Shown: positions 8,803-17,988 of the stretch, piece by piece
Layout of the letters: the number at the start of each line of letters is the position of its first letter
Position numbering within the stretch: the stretch's first letter is position 1
Position numbers and translations under genes: made by a program
Notes under the pieces: model-generated
What the model saw: the letters and a program-made list of their open reading frames with translations, nothing else
Databases searched by the model: none
What the model was told of the DNA's origin: nothing
NCBI RefSeq assembly: GCF_006345805.1
Contig: NW_021825514.1
Location: 1 to 17,988, forward strand
Source: Octopus sinensis
Taxonomy: Eukaryota
Length of the DNA: 17,988 nt
Reading direction: 5' to 3'

Positions 8803-8897
8803 CCCTTTTGTTACCATACATTTCCGCTGAAATACTTGGCTGTTTGTTTTCCATTAATCTTGAAAATAGTGAAGAATTTAGATAAATAAGTTTGTCA
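8803..8897 (+). mobile_element. piggyBac-type MITE family 2, left-end fragment
   Basis: TTAAA|CCCTTTTGTTACCA terminus; overlaps in sequence with 6032-6053; cut off by the SINE at 8901. Confidence 0.7.
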
Positions 8898-8900
8898 GTA

Positions 8901-9090
8901 GGTGCAGGAGTGGCTCTGTGGTAAGTAGCTTGCTTACCAACCACATGGTTCTGGGTTCATTCCCACTGCGTGGCACCTTGGACAAGTGTCTTCTACTATA
9001 GCCTTGGGCCAACCAAAGCCTTGTGAGTGGATTTGGTAGACGGAAACTGAAAGAAGCCTGTCGTATATATGTATATATATATATATATAA

Positions 9091-9136
<46 letters not shown>

Positions 9137-9347
9137 TTGTGTGTCTGTGTTTGTCCCCCACAACATTGCTTGACAACCAAGGGTGGTATGTTTACGTCCT
9201 CGTAACTTAACAGTTCAGCAAAAGAGACCAATTGAATAAGTACTAGGCTTTCAAAGAATAAGTACTAGGGTCGATTTGCTCGAGTAAAGGCGGTGCTCCA
9301 GCATGGCCGCAGTCAAATGAATGAAACAAGTGAACGAATAAAAGAAT
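8901..9347 (+). mobile_element. SINE family A, full length (tRNA-like head, central TA/TG microsatellite, 3' tail)
   Basis: GGAGTGGCTCTGTGGTAAG (A-box-like), GGGTTCATTCCC (B-box-like), central microsatellite about 9063-9135, tail ending GAATAAAAGAATA; several copies in the window. Confidence 0.92.
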
Positions 9348-9350
9348 ATC

Positions 9351-9409
9351 ATCTTTCTTCTACTTGTTTCAATCACTGGAGTGTGGCCATGCTGGGGCAT
9401 TGTCTTGAA
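9351..9409 (-). mobile_element. SINE family A-type tail fragment, tail-to-tail with 8901-9347
   Basis: TACTTGTTTCAATCACT..GTGTGGCCATGCTGGGGCA resembles 672-710. Confidence 0.75.
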
Positions 9410-9645
9410 AATATATTGCAGAGAAAGCCAAAATTGGCACACAAGGCAAATTTCTAGGCCCACCGACAATATAGCAAACCCTAGACAACATTAGTCGAAG
9501 AGTATTTGTTTATTTTTATCTATTTTTAGTCACAGTATGCTGTGACTTGAGGATGATTTAGCTGCTATTTCTAGCAGATTAGATGACCATCTCATTAACT
9601 TGATAAATCTGAAATTAAATGCTATGCTATATCTGTCCACACCTA

Positions 9646-9754
9646 TTCATACATACGTATATACGTACGTACATACATACATACATACATACGTACGTAA
9701 ATACGTACATACATACATACATACATACATACACACATACATACATACATACAA

Positions 9755-9789
<35 letters not shown>

Positions 9790-9820
9790 CATACATACAT
9801 ACATACATACGTACGTACAA
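9646..9820. repeat. (CATA)n tetranucleotide microsatellite
   Basis: Read directly. Confidence 0.95.
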
Positions 9821-10067
9821 ATATATTTGTCTATATTTATATACGTCTGTGCTCTCAAAGACTTATTGTCTTCAACAGTCCAGCGAATCGGTTCTTATTC
9901 CTTTTAACCAAAGATTTCTTAATAAAGATGGCAGACATTAATAAATGAACAGCTTTCACTGACATAAAGAAATTGAGATCTGGAAATCATCATTATCATC
10001 ATCGTCATCGTCGTCATCACCACCACCACCATCACTCTTTGTATGTCTACTTTTCCATGCTTATACA

Positions 10068-10107
10068 TACACAGACACACACACACACACACATATATGT
10101 ATGTATG

Positions 10108-10149
<42 letters not shown>

Positions 10150-10323
10150 TATACAATTATAAATATAGGTATATACCTATATATACATCTGTCCTCTCTC
10201 CGTATATATCTATATCTATCGATCAATCTATCTATCTCTCTCTCTCTATATATATATATATCTTATACAGTTATAAATATAGGTATATACTATATATACA
10301 TCTGTCTCTCTGTATATATATAT

Positions 10324-10357
<34 letters not shown>

Positions 10358-10552
10358 ATCTATATCTATCTGTCTATCTACCTTATATATATATATATAT
10401 ATATATCTTATACAGTTATAAAATAGTATATACCTATATATACATCTCTCTCTCTCTCTGTATATACACATCTATATATAAATATATGTAGGTATGTGTG
10501 TATATACGTACATATATATATGTATGTATGTACTTATATATCTGCATGTATG

Positions 10553-10592
<40 letters not shown>

Positions 10593-10975
10593 ATATGTAT
10601 ATATGTATTCTATTATATTTCTTTGGAGGGGAAAATGGACAAACGTTAGATAAGAACAGCAAAATGTTTAGGAAGCGAAAATAGACATTGCTGCTTAAAA
10701 AAGATATTTCAAATATAGAGCATAGTCACACAATCTGTGTATGTGTATGTGTGTATCTACGTATATATGTGCGTACATGCATGTATGTATGCACACGCAC
10801 CCCCCCACACACACACATATACCCATATGTATAATATGTATATATGTATGCACACACACCCACACACACATACATGCACACATGCATACATGTATTCACA
10901 CACGCAAACATACACACAGAAGCACACACACACACACATATATATGTAGATATGTATGTATGTGTGTGTGTGCAT
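10068..10975. repeat. TA/CT/CA/TG compound microsatellites, including a three-unit minisatellite (10147, 10261, 10406)
   Basis: Read directly; briefly interrupted at about 10610-10735. Confidence 0.9.
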
Positions 10976-11025
10976 ATTCAGTTGTATATATGCTGGTGTG
11001 TCTTTTGCAGAAATCTGAGAGAGGC

Positions 11026-11183
11026 AAGGAAAGAAAGAAAGAAAGGAAAAAGAAAAGAAAGAAAGAAAGGAAAAAGAAAAGAAAGAAAGAAGGAAGGAAC
11101 AGAAGAAAGACAGAGCAGTGAATTTTTTGCCTCTATTTCTTTCTTCTTACTACCAAAGGATTATATATATATACATATATATA

Positions 11184-11222
<39 letters not shown>

Positions 11223-11257
11223 TATACATACATATATTATAATAAATATATATATCT
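11026..11257. repeat. (GAAA)n purine tract followed by (TA)n
   Basis: Read directly. Confidence 0.9.
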
Positions 11258-11817
11258 GAATTGAATAATGAATGACTTCACAAAACTGCACAGCTGTAGT
11301 CAACTTGGTTTCCTAGGTAATGATAACGCACATCATGATGACGTCGACGACGACGACCACCACCACCACCACCAATACCACCACAACCATCATCATCGTC
11401 ATGTTGTATATCCATTTCCTTCTATTTTATTTCCCCAGGCTGATACGATTCAGACAGGTCTCACAGAATATATCTCAACCACATATTATGGTCCTTTGTT
11501 ATTTCGTATTCACAATCAAACGGCAAAAAATAAAAGATAAAAAAAAAATAATAATAATAATCAATGTTTGATATCCCTTATATCACACATTTTGTTACAG
11601 CTCGATATCCTTCCCTTTACAGCATGGATCAAGCACATTTTATTGCATAACCCAGGATGTTAACTGTGGCATGACAATGTGACAAGAATTCTCCTTTTAC
11701 TTGCTATCACTTGATTTTTGGCGTCACCATTCTCCTAGGCAGGTTGCCTTCATTGCAGCATGCTTAGTGAATATTTCCTTTATTTCTTTTTTTTCCTCTT
11801 CTTCTTCTTTTTGACAC

Positions 11818-12137
11818 GGTGCAGGAGTGGCTGTGTGGTAAGTAGCTTGTTTACCAACCATATGGTTCCAGGTTCAGTCCCACTGCTTCGCACCTAGAGC
11901 CAAGTGTCTTCTACTATAGTCTCGGGTCGACCAAAGCCTTGCGAGTGGATTTGGTAGATGGAAACTGAAAGAAGCCCGTTGTATATATATATATTTATAT
12001 ATATGTGTGTGTGTCTGTGTTCGTCTCCCCACCATCGCTTGCCAACCGATTCTGGTTTGTTTATGTCCCCGTAACTTAGTGATTCGGCAAAAGAGACCAA
12101 CAGAATAAGTACTAGGCTTACAAAGAATAAGTCCTGG
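11818..12137 (+). mobile_element. SINE family A, 3'-truncated
   Basis: Colinear with 8901-9270 from GGTGCAGGAGTGGCT to GAATAAGTCCTGG. Confidence 0.92.
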
Positions 12138-12491
12138 AGGGCAAAGAAGTGCAGAAAAGAAGGAGTGTTAAAGTAGGGAATGGTTTTTTTTTTATCATAA
12201 GTCTGCCAAACAGTTCTGACTGAGGACTAAATAAGAACAGATGGTTATGAAGGACATTTTTGTTTTCCTATCGAGACACAACTGAATTTAGCTATAATGT
12301 AGTTCACAGCTGTTTGGCTCTGCTGTTGTCAGGATGGAACTTGCGACCTTAACGATCCCCTGACATTCTAATGAAAAGCCACACACTCATTAATAAATAC
12401 CACTACAGTGTTGATGAAATATCAAAATAATAGACTCAACCCAGCTCACTGACCTCGCCTCACCCAACATTCCCCCAGTTTGGGCTCTGAT

Positions 12492-12492
<1 letters not shown>

Positions 12493-12529
<37 letters not shown>

Positions 12530-12744
12530 TGAGTATAAATAGATAGACTGATAGATAGATACATACATACGTATATATGTATACACACACATATATATAT
12601 ATATGTACGTATGTTTATATGTGTATGTAATGTATATGAGTATGTGTGTGTATTAATATATAATAACACATAATTTGATATATATATATATATAGTACAT
12701 ATGCATATATGAATCTGTGTACTATACACACACATGTACGTGTG

Positions 12745-12805
<61 letters not shown>

Positions 12806-12920
12806 ATTTGGTGTGTGTGTGGTATATATACATGTATTTGTGTGTGTTCTGCTTTATATATATACATATAAAGCATGTATATACATGCACGCACGCACAC
12901 ACACACACACACACACACAA
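12493..12920. repeat. TG/GATA/TA/CA compound microsatellite
   Basis: Read directly. Confidence 0.95.
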
Positions 12921-13508
12921 ATGTATCTTTTTCATTGGCAAAGAAGGTCCTTTCCATTTTTTTCTTTTTTTATATTTTTAAATTTCCTTTCCCTAATTCG
13001 TGCGCAAGTGAGGGCTGCGCCAATTATACCTTATAGGTTAACAAATGTTTTTTAATTAGCCAAGCAGGAGGGAGATAATTGGTGCAAAGGAACCACTCTA
13101 AAACGAACATAATTCATTTACATAGTTCCATTATCGGATTACAGAGCAACTTAATCATGTTTGAGACCGAAGATAATTACAGTGGCACCTTGTGTAATTC
13201 CAGTGTTTACCACAATGGATTTTATGCATTGTGGGTTGATTAATGGTGTTAATTTGGTATTGAAATAGATGACCTATATCTGCATAGGGCCCATAGAATC
13301 ACAGGGACACTGAGGATAAAAACTTTTCAGTATGTTTATCCTATATGCTGGGTTAGTGTTTGTCACTATTTCTGTCGGCTAAGCCATATCTATATATGCG
13401 TTTTACCATGCGTATATATATATATATATATACATACAGGTTAATGAATAAAAGTAAAGGACACACATTATACATACATACATATATATATATATCATAT
13501 ATATATAT

Positions 13509-13859
13509 GGTAGGTGACCCCACCCCCCCTTCGGTCAGAACCGACCATGGGTTGCACCTAGAGAGTTACCCTCTGAGGCCAAGTCTGGCAAGGTTGTTTT
13601 ATGGAAGACCAGCAGTCGCCCATGCATACCGGCCTCCCCTCTCCACGTCTCTCCACGTCACCGATGTTGTCCAAGGAAAGGCAAGGGCCGATACCGCTTG
13701 GCACTTGTGATGTTGTAACTCATTTCTACAGCTGAGTGAACTGGAGCAACGTGAAATAAAGTGTCTTCCTCAAGAACACAACACGCAGCCCGGTCCGGGA
13801 TTCGAGCTCACAACATCACGATCGTAAGCTCGACGCTCTAACCACTGAGCCATGCGCCT

Positions 13860-13860
<1 letters not shown>
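13509..13860 (-). mobile_element. SINE family B, full length, inserted in (TA)n
   Basis: Reverse complement starts AAGGCGCATGGCTCAGTGGTTAGAGCG and is colinear with 1707-2037; it has an internal 10-bp duplication CTCTCCACGT (13639-13658). Confidence 0.92.
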
Positions 13861-13897
<37 letters not shown>

Positions 13898-14013
13898 CAA
13901 ATAAGAAAATGGAGGAACAAATTCATTTCGATCATCAACTTACAATCCCATAGTGGGTTACCCTCACAACCCCTATCTTACTTTGTACTAATATATATAT
14001 ATATATATATCTA

Positions 14014-14232
14014 TTGGTGGGTGCTGAAAAATTCCTGGTTTTAAGGGCATCATGAAAGGTCTGGCTGGAGGCCCAACCTTCCAAGTTCTTTTACAGGCTT
14101 TAGAAAAACTGAAGGACTGCTGCGATAAGTGTGTGAATCTGAGAGGGGAATATGTTGAATATTCAATCCTAATTAACTGATCCTCTTGTATTTTCTTTTA
14201 CCCAAAGCCAGGAAATTTTCAGCACCTCCTTG
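14014..14232 (+). mobile_element. Mariner-derived MITE (219 bp) with TA target duplication
   Basis: TIRs GGTGCTGAAAAATTCCTGG / CCAGGAAATTTTCAGCACC, TA on both sides; from 14091 it translates LQALEKLKDCCDKCVNLRGEYVE, like a mariner transposase C-terminus. Confidence 0.9.
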
Positions 14233-14236
14233 TATA

Positions 14237-14426
14237 TCATCATGATCATGATCATGATCATTTAACGTCTGTTGTCCACTCTGGCATGGGTCGGACGGTT
14301 TGACCAAGGCTGGCAAGATGAAGGGCTGCACCGGACTCCAGTCTGATTTGGCATGGTTTCTATGGCTGGATGTCCTTCCTAATGCCAACCATTCCAAGAG
14401 TGTAATGGGTGCTTTTAAGTACCACC
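14237..14426 (-). mobile_element. RTE-tail retroposon fragment (family D)
   Basis: (CAT)n tail, then TTTAACGTC, GGCATGGG, GCTGGATGTCCTTCCTAATGCCAACC; homologous to 14546-14789 and 16520-16758. The RTE-clade call is from recalled tail motifs. Confidence 0.8.
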
Positions 14427-14545
14427 AGATGCTCCTGAACCAGTTGTTGAACGTCCCACCATGAGGAATCGATGCTAGATGTGTTGAAACAATTGTCATG
14501 ATTAATAATAAATTCTTGTATATTCCATCTTCCATTTGCCATATA

Positions 14546-14789
14546 TCATCATCATCATCATCATCATCATCCTCATTTAGCGTCCACTTTCCATGCTAGC
14601 ATGGGTTGGACGGTTCAACTGGGGCCTGGGAGGCCAGAAGGTTGCACCAGACCCAGTCTGATCTGGCAATGTTTCTACAGCTGGATGCCCTTCCTGACGC
14701 CAACCACTCCGTGAGTGTGGTGGGTGCTTTTTACGTGCCAGACGGGGCTGGCAAATGGCCACGGTTGGATGGTGCTTTTTACGTGCCAC
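14546..14789 (-). mobile_element. RTE-tail retroposon (family D)
   Basis: (CAT)n tail; TTTCTACAGCTGGATGCCCTTCCTGACGCCAACC; internal repeat GGTGCTTTTTACGTGCCA twice (14723, 14771). Confidence 0.85.
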
Positions 14790-14799
14790 ACACACGCAT

Positions 14800-14834
<35 letters not shown>

Positions 14835-14835
<1 letters not shown>

Positions 14836-15053
14836 GAGGGGGTGCTGAAAAATTTCTGGTTTTTAAGTGTATTGTAAAGGGCCTGGCTGGAGGCCTAACC
14901 TTCGGAGTTCTTTTACAGGGCTTAGAAAAAACTGAAGGACCACTGCAATAAGTGTGTGAATCTGAGAGGGGAATATATTTCATAAAATCATAATTAACTG
15001 ATGCTCCTGAATTTTCTTTTACCTAAAGCCAGGAATTTTTCAGCACTCCCTCC
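14835..15053 (+). mobile_element. Mariner-derived MITE (219 bp) with TA target duplication
   Basis: Same length and sequence family as 14014-14232; encodes KDHCNKCVNLRGEYIS* after a 1-nt frameshift. Confidence 0.9.
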
Positions 15054-15063
15054 TATATATATA

Positions 15064-15204
15064 TCTTTTATCCTTTTCTTGTTTCAGTCCTTCGACTGTG
15101 GCCATGCTGGGGCACCACATTGAAGACTTCTTTGTCGAATGAATCATTTTTATCTTTTTACGCCTGGTACTTGGTCAATCAGTCACTTTTGCTGAACCGC
15201 TCAG
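15064..15204 (-). mobile_element. SINE family A-type 3' fragment, degenerate
   Basis: CTTGTTTCAGTC..GACTGTGGCCATGCTGGGGCACC...GCTGAACCGCT. Confidence 0.75.
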
Positions 15205-15380
15205 TGCGTATACAGCATGAAGCAGTACATTGCATTGTGTGACTTAACACTTTGATAAATAGAAATCGAAAAAATAACTACTGCAACAAGATTAATAAGG
15301 GGCCAATACCATCAATTAAAACCCTTAGCAGTCAGTGCTCTTGTAAAAGAGTATAAAAGGATGATGACAATGATAATGAT

Positions 15381-15462
15381 GAAGCTGGGCTCAGGATCAC
15401 AGGTTCAATTCCCAAACTGGCTGGTGCATCATATTCTTGAGCAAGACACTTCATTTCACATA
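15381..15462 (+). mobile_element. Degenerate CORE-like SINE fragment (family B-related)
   Basis: GGTTCAATTCCC...TTCTTGAGCAAGACACTTCATTTCAC resembles 1754-1810. Confidence 0.6.
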
Positions 15463-15567
15463 GGAGAAGATCTAATCCCTTGTTTTATCCCTTGTTTCTA
15501 TTCTCTAAAGAACGGAATCATGGCAAGACAGAGCTTGTTTTTTTTCCTCTCTTGTTTTCTTGAACAG

Positions 15568-15619
15568 GATGTTAGTAGTGGCAGTGGAGTGGGGTGTGTT
15601 AATTAAATTGGTATCCGAG
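15568..15619 (+). other. Candidate 52-nt spliced exon (unidentified gene)
   Basis: Acceptor TTGTTTTTTTCCTCTCTTGTTTTCTTGAACAG|G and donor GAG|GTAAAC; one open frame, G-ATG...GAG = MLVVAVEWGVLIKLVSE. I do not recognise the peptide. Confidence 0.3.
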
Positions 15620-16149
15620 GTAAACTTAGCCACATACTTATTGAGTTTTGACAAAAGTGATGTGGCAGTCTGTTTAATAAATGACAATGGAAACTGACGA
15701 TAGCAACAACAAAAATGATGATGACGACGATGATGATGACGATGATGATGATGGCAGTAATCTTTGTTTATTACTGTCTGAATGAACCGATGAAAGGAAC
15801 TAAAAAAAGGAAGGAAAAAATTCACAGGAAGGACAAACAGATTTACTTTCAAGTGAAAACCACAAAAGCATTTCTATTTGAAATTCATTAAATGTTTTGG
15901 TTTGCTTGTTCTTACAACAACACAGAATGTAAAAATCAAAGATAATGGAGATTCTATTGTGGTGGGTGGTAAGGAGGGGTGGTGGTGGTGGTGGTGGTGG
16001 CTTGTCTGAGTATGTGTCTGAGTACCGTGTGCATGTGCATGTCAGCTTGTGTCTGTGTGCATCGCCCCGTGTCCGCTTGAGTTAAAATGCAAAAGTGCAA
16101 AGGTACGCACAAATATATATGGATCTGTGTTTAATTGTATGTGTGACTG

Positions 16150-16286
16150 TATACACATACATGCTTGTGTGTGTGTATATATTGGTGTGTCAGTATGTAT
16201 GAATGTATTGTCTATTTGTCTACCTTTATATATCCTATCTCTCTCTCTCTCTCTCTGTATATATATATATATATATATATTATATA

Positions 16287-16318
<32 letters not shown>

Positions 16319-16512
16319 CTAATATATTAAATATATTATTATATATATATATATATATATGCACACATACATACACAATGTATGTATATACATATATATA
16401 TGTATGTATATATATATATACACACACACATATATGTATGTACATATATATATTTACACACATATATATATATGTGTGTGTCTGTGTGTGTGCATGTGTG
16501 TGTATTTATATG
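16150..16512. repeat. TG/CT/TA/CA compound microsatellite
   Basis: Read directly. Confidence 0.95.
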
Positions 16513-16519
16513 TAGGTGT

Positions 16520-16758
16520 GTGGCAAGTAAAAAGCACCATCCAATCGTGGTCGATACCAGCTCCTTTGGCTCCTGTGCCAGTGGCTTGTAAAAAGCACCC
16601 ACTACACATTGGAGAGGTTGGCATTAAGAAGGGTATCCAGCTGTAGAAACACTACCAGATCATATTGGGACCGGTTACACCGTTCCCAGATCCCAGTCGA
16701 ACCATCCAACCCATGCCAGCATGGAAAACTGATGTTAAATGATGATGATGATGATGAT
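16520..16758 (+). mobile_element. RTE-tail retroposon (family D)
   Basis: GTGGCAAGTAAAAAGCACC unit twice, AAGGGTATCCAGCTGTAGAAAC, CCATGCCAGCATGGAAA, (GAT)n tail. Confidence 0.85.
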
Positions 16759-17026
16759 ATACACACACACACACACACCACATATGTTGGGGGTGTATGT
16801 ACGTTGTATTGTTGTTGTTATCATTATTATTATTACTATTGTATGTTGATTCCACCTTTCTGCACAATATCTGCGCACGCACACACAATCACACACCCAC
16901 ATACACACACACACATACATACATATATGCTTACACAGAAACTAATATGTTTGTGTGTCTATAACCCATGTATAAACTTACATCATGCGAACTATTTATA
17001 TATTGATATCCAGCCAACTACCTATT

Positions 17027-17093
<67 letters not shown>

Positions 17094-17102
17094 ATATATA
17101 TA

Positions 17103-17172
<70 letters not shown>

Positions 17173-17215
17173 TAGTGTGGCTGGCTATTTATATATATAT
17201 TATATATATAACATA
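16759..17215. repeat. CA/TTA/TA microsatellite mosaic with long (TA)n
   Basis: Read directly. Confidence 0.9.
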
Positions 17216-17669
17216 AGTATTTATTGGTTGTCTACTGGTCTATTAAATTAACAACAACATGAACAATGCTATTAATAGAAATATAAGAACAGAGACAAAA
17301 ACAATGGGGGGAAGGGGTGGACGAAAATAATCGAGGTTTGGTGCTGGAACTTCAGAAAGTGGGTGTGTCTCTATAAGAGACCAATACAGCACACGCGAGT
17401 GCCTTTGAGTGAAGAATCATGTAAATGGGTCGGGGGGGGGGGTACGGTAGATTTGTGTGTGTTTTACCATTTATCACTCAGCTTTGGAAAATTAAGTCGG
17501 ATGAGAATGCCTGTTCGTTTTTGATGTTTTTTTTTTAAATGTTTTTAATGGTGTCTTTTTTTTGTTTTTTATTCCACCCCAACATAGGATAAAACAAATA
17601 TAAACAGATCTTATCTGAAAAGTTAGTTGGGTAGAATAATTTGCAAAGATATGAACAAAGACAACATAA

Positions 17670-17988
17670 GGGTATGTGTGTGAATATATGATACATATGT
17701 ATGTGTACATGTATGTATGTATATATATATGTGTGTGTGTGCGTATGTGTATGTATTTATATGTGTGTGCATCTATATGTATGTATATATATGTGTATGT
17801 AAGTATGTATATATGTGTGTATGCGCATATATATATATGCATATATATATGCCTGTCTTTGTGTGTATATGTGTGTGTGTGTATGTATATATGTGTATGT
17901 GTGTGTGTGAGTAAATATATGTATATAAATATATGTGTATGTATGCAAATACACGTATATAACCACATATATACACTCACCCACCCAC
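17670..17988. repeat. Degenerate TG/TA microsatellite
   Basis: Read directly. Confidence 0.95.

Noticed and set aside
11268-11571. Poly-Asp/His/Thr ORFs
   Set aside because: Driven by (GAC)n/(CAC)n/(CAT)n triplet repeats.
14723-14789. Short direct repeats with spacers, superficially CRISPR-like
   Set aside because: Only two units, internal to a eukaryotic retroposon, homologous spacers between copies, and no cas genes.
15755-15800. CTGACGA and CCGATGA as possible further hammerhead cores (also CTGAAGA near 2211)
   Set aside because: No correctly spaced stem II, GAAA, stem III or stem I complement.
17366-17386. TATAAG followed by CCAAT in a mildly CpG-richer patch, possible promoter
   Set aside because: CCAAT lies downstream of the TATA-like motif, short motifs are expected by chance, and nothing else supports a promoter.

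Overview
Repeat-saturated, AT-rich eukaryotic genomic DNA. The SINE and MITE families look like those of octopus, an inference from recalled family motifs rather than a database search. I find no supportable protein-coding gene: the listed ORFs are read-throughs of microsatellites or SINEs. The window holds tRNA-derived SINEs of three families (labelled A, B, C here), RTE-tail retroposon fragments, mariner-derived MITEs, TTAA-targeting piggyBac-type MITEs, a Helentron/HINE-like fragment and many micro/minisatellites. The most notable element is a 154-bp near-perfect palindrome (5141-5294). Each arm carries a minimal type I hammerhead ribozyme motif of the Penelope-like-element kind, and it lies inside the (TA)n tract of a SINE. 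Also notable are a multi-layer transposon nest at about 5830-6638, a sharp drop in CpG density after about 4 kb that suggests a methylated gene body, and a candidate 52-nt exon at 15568-15619.
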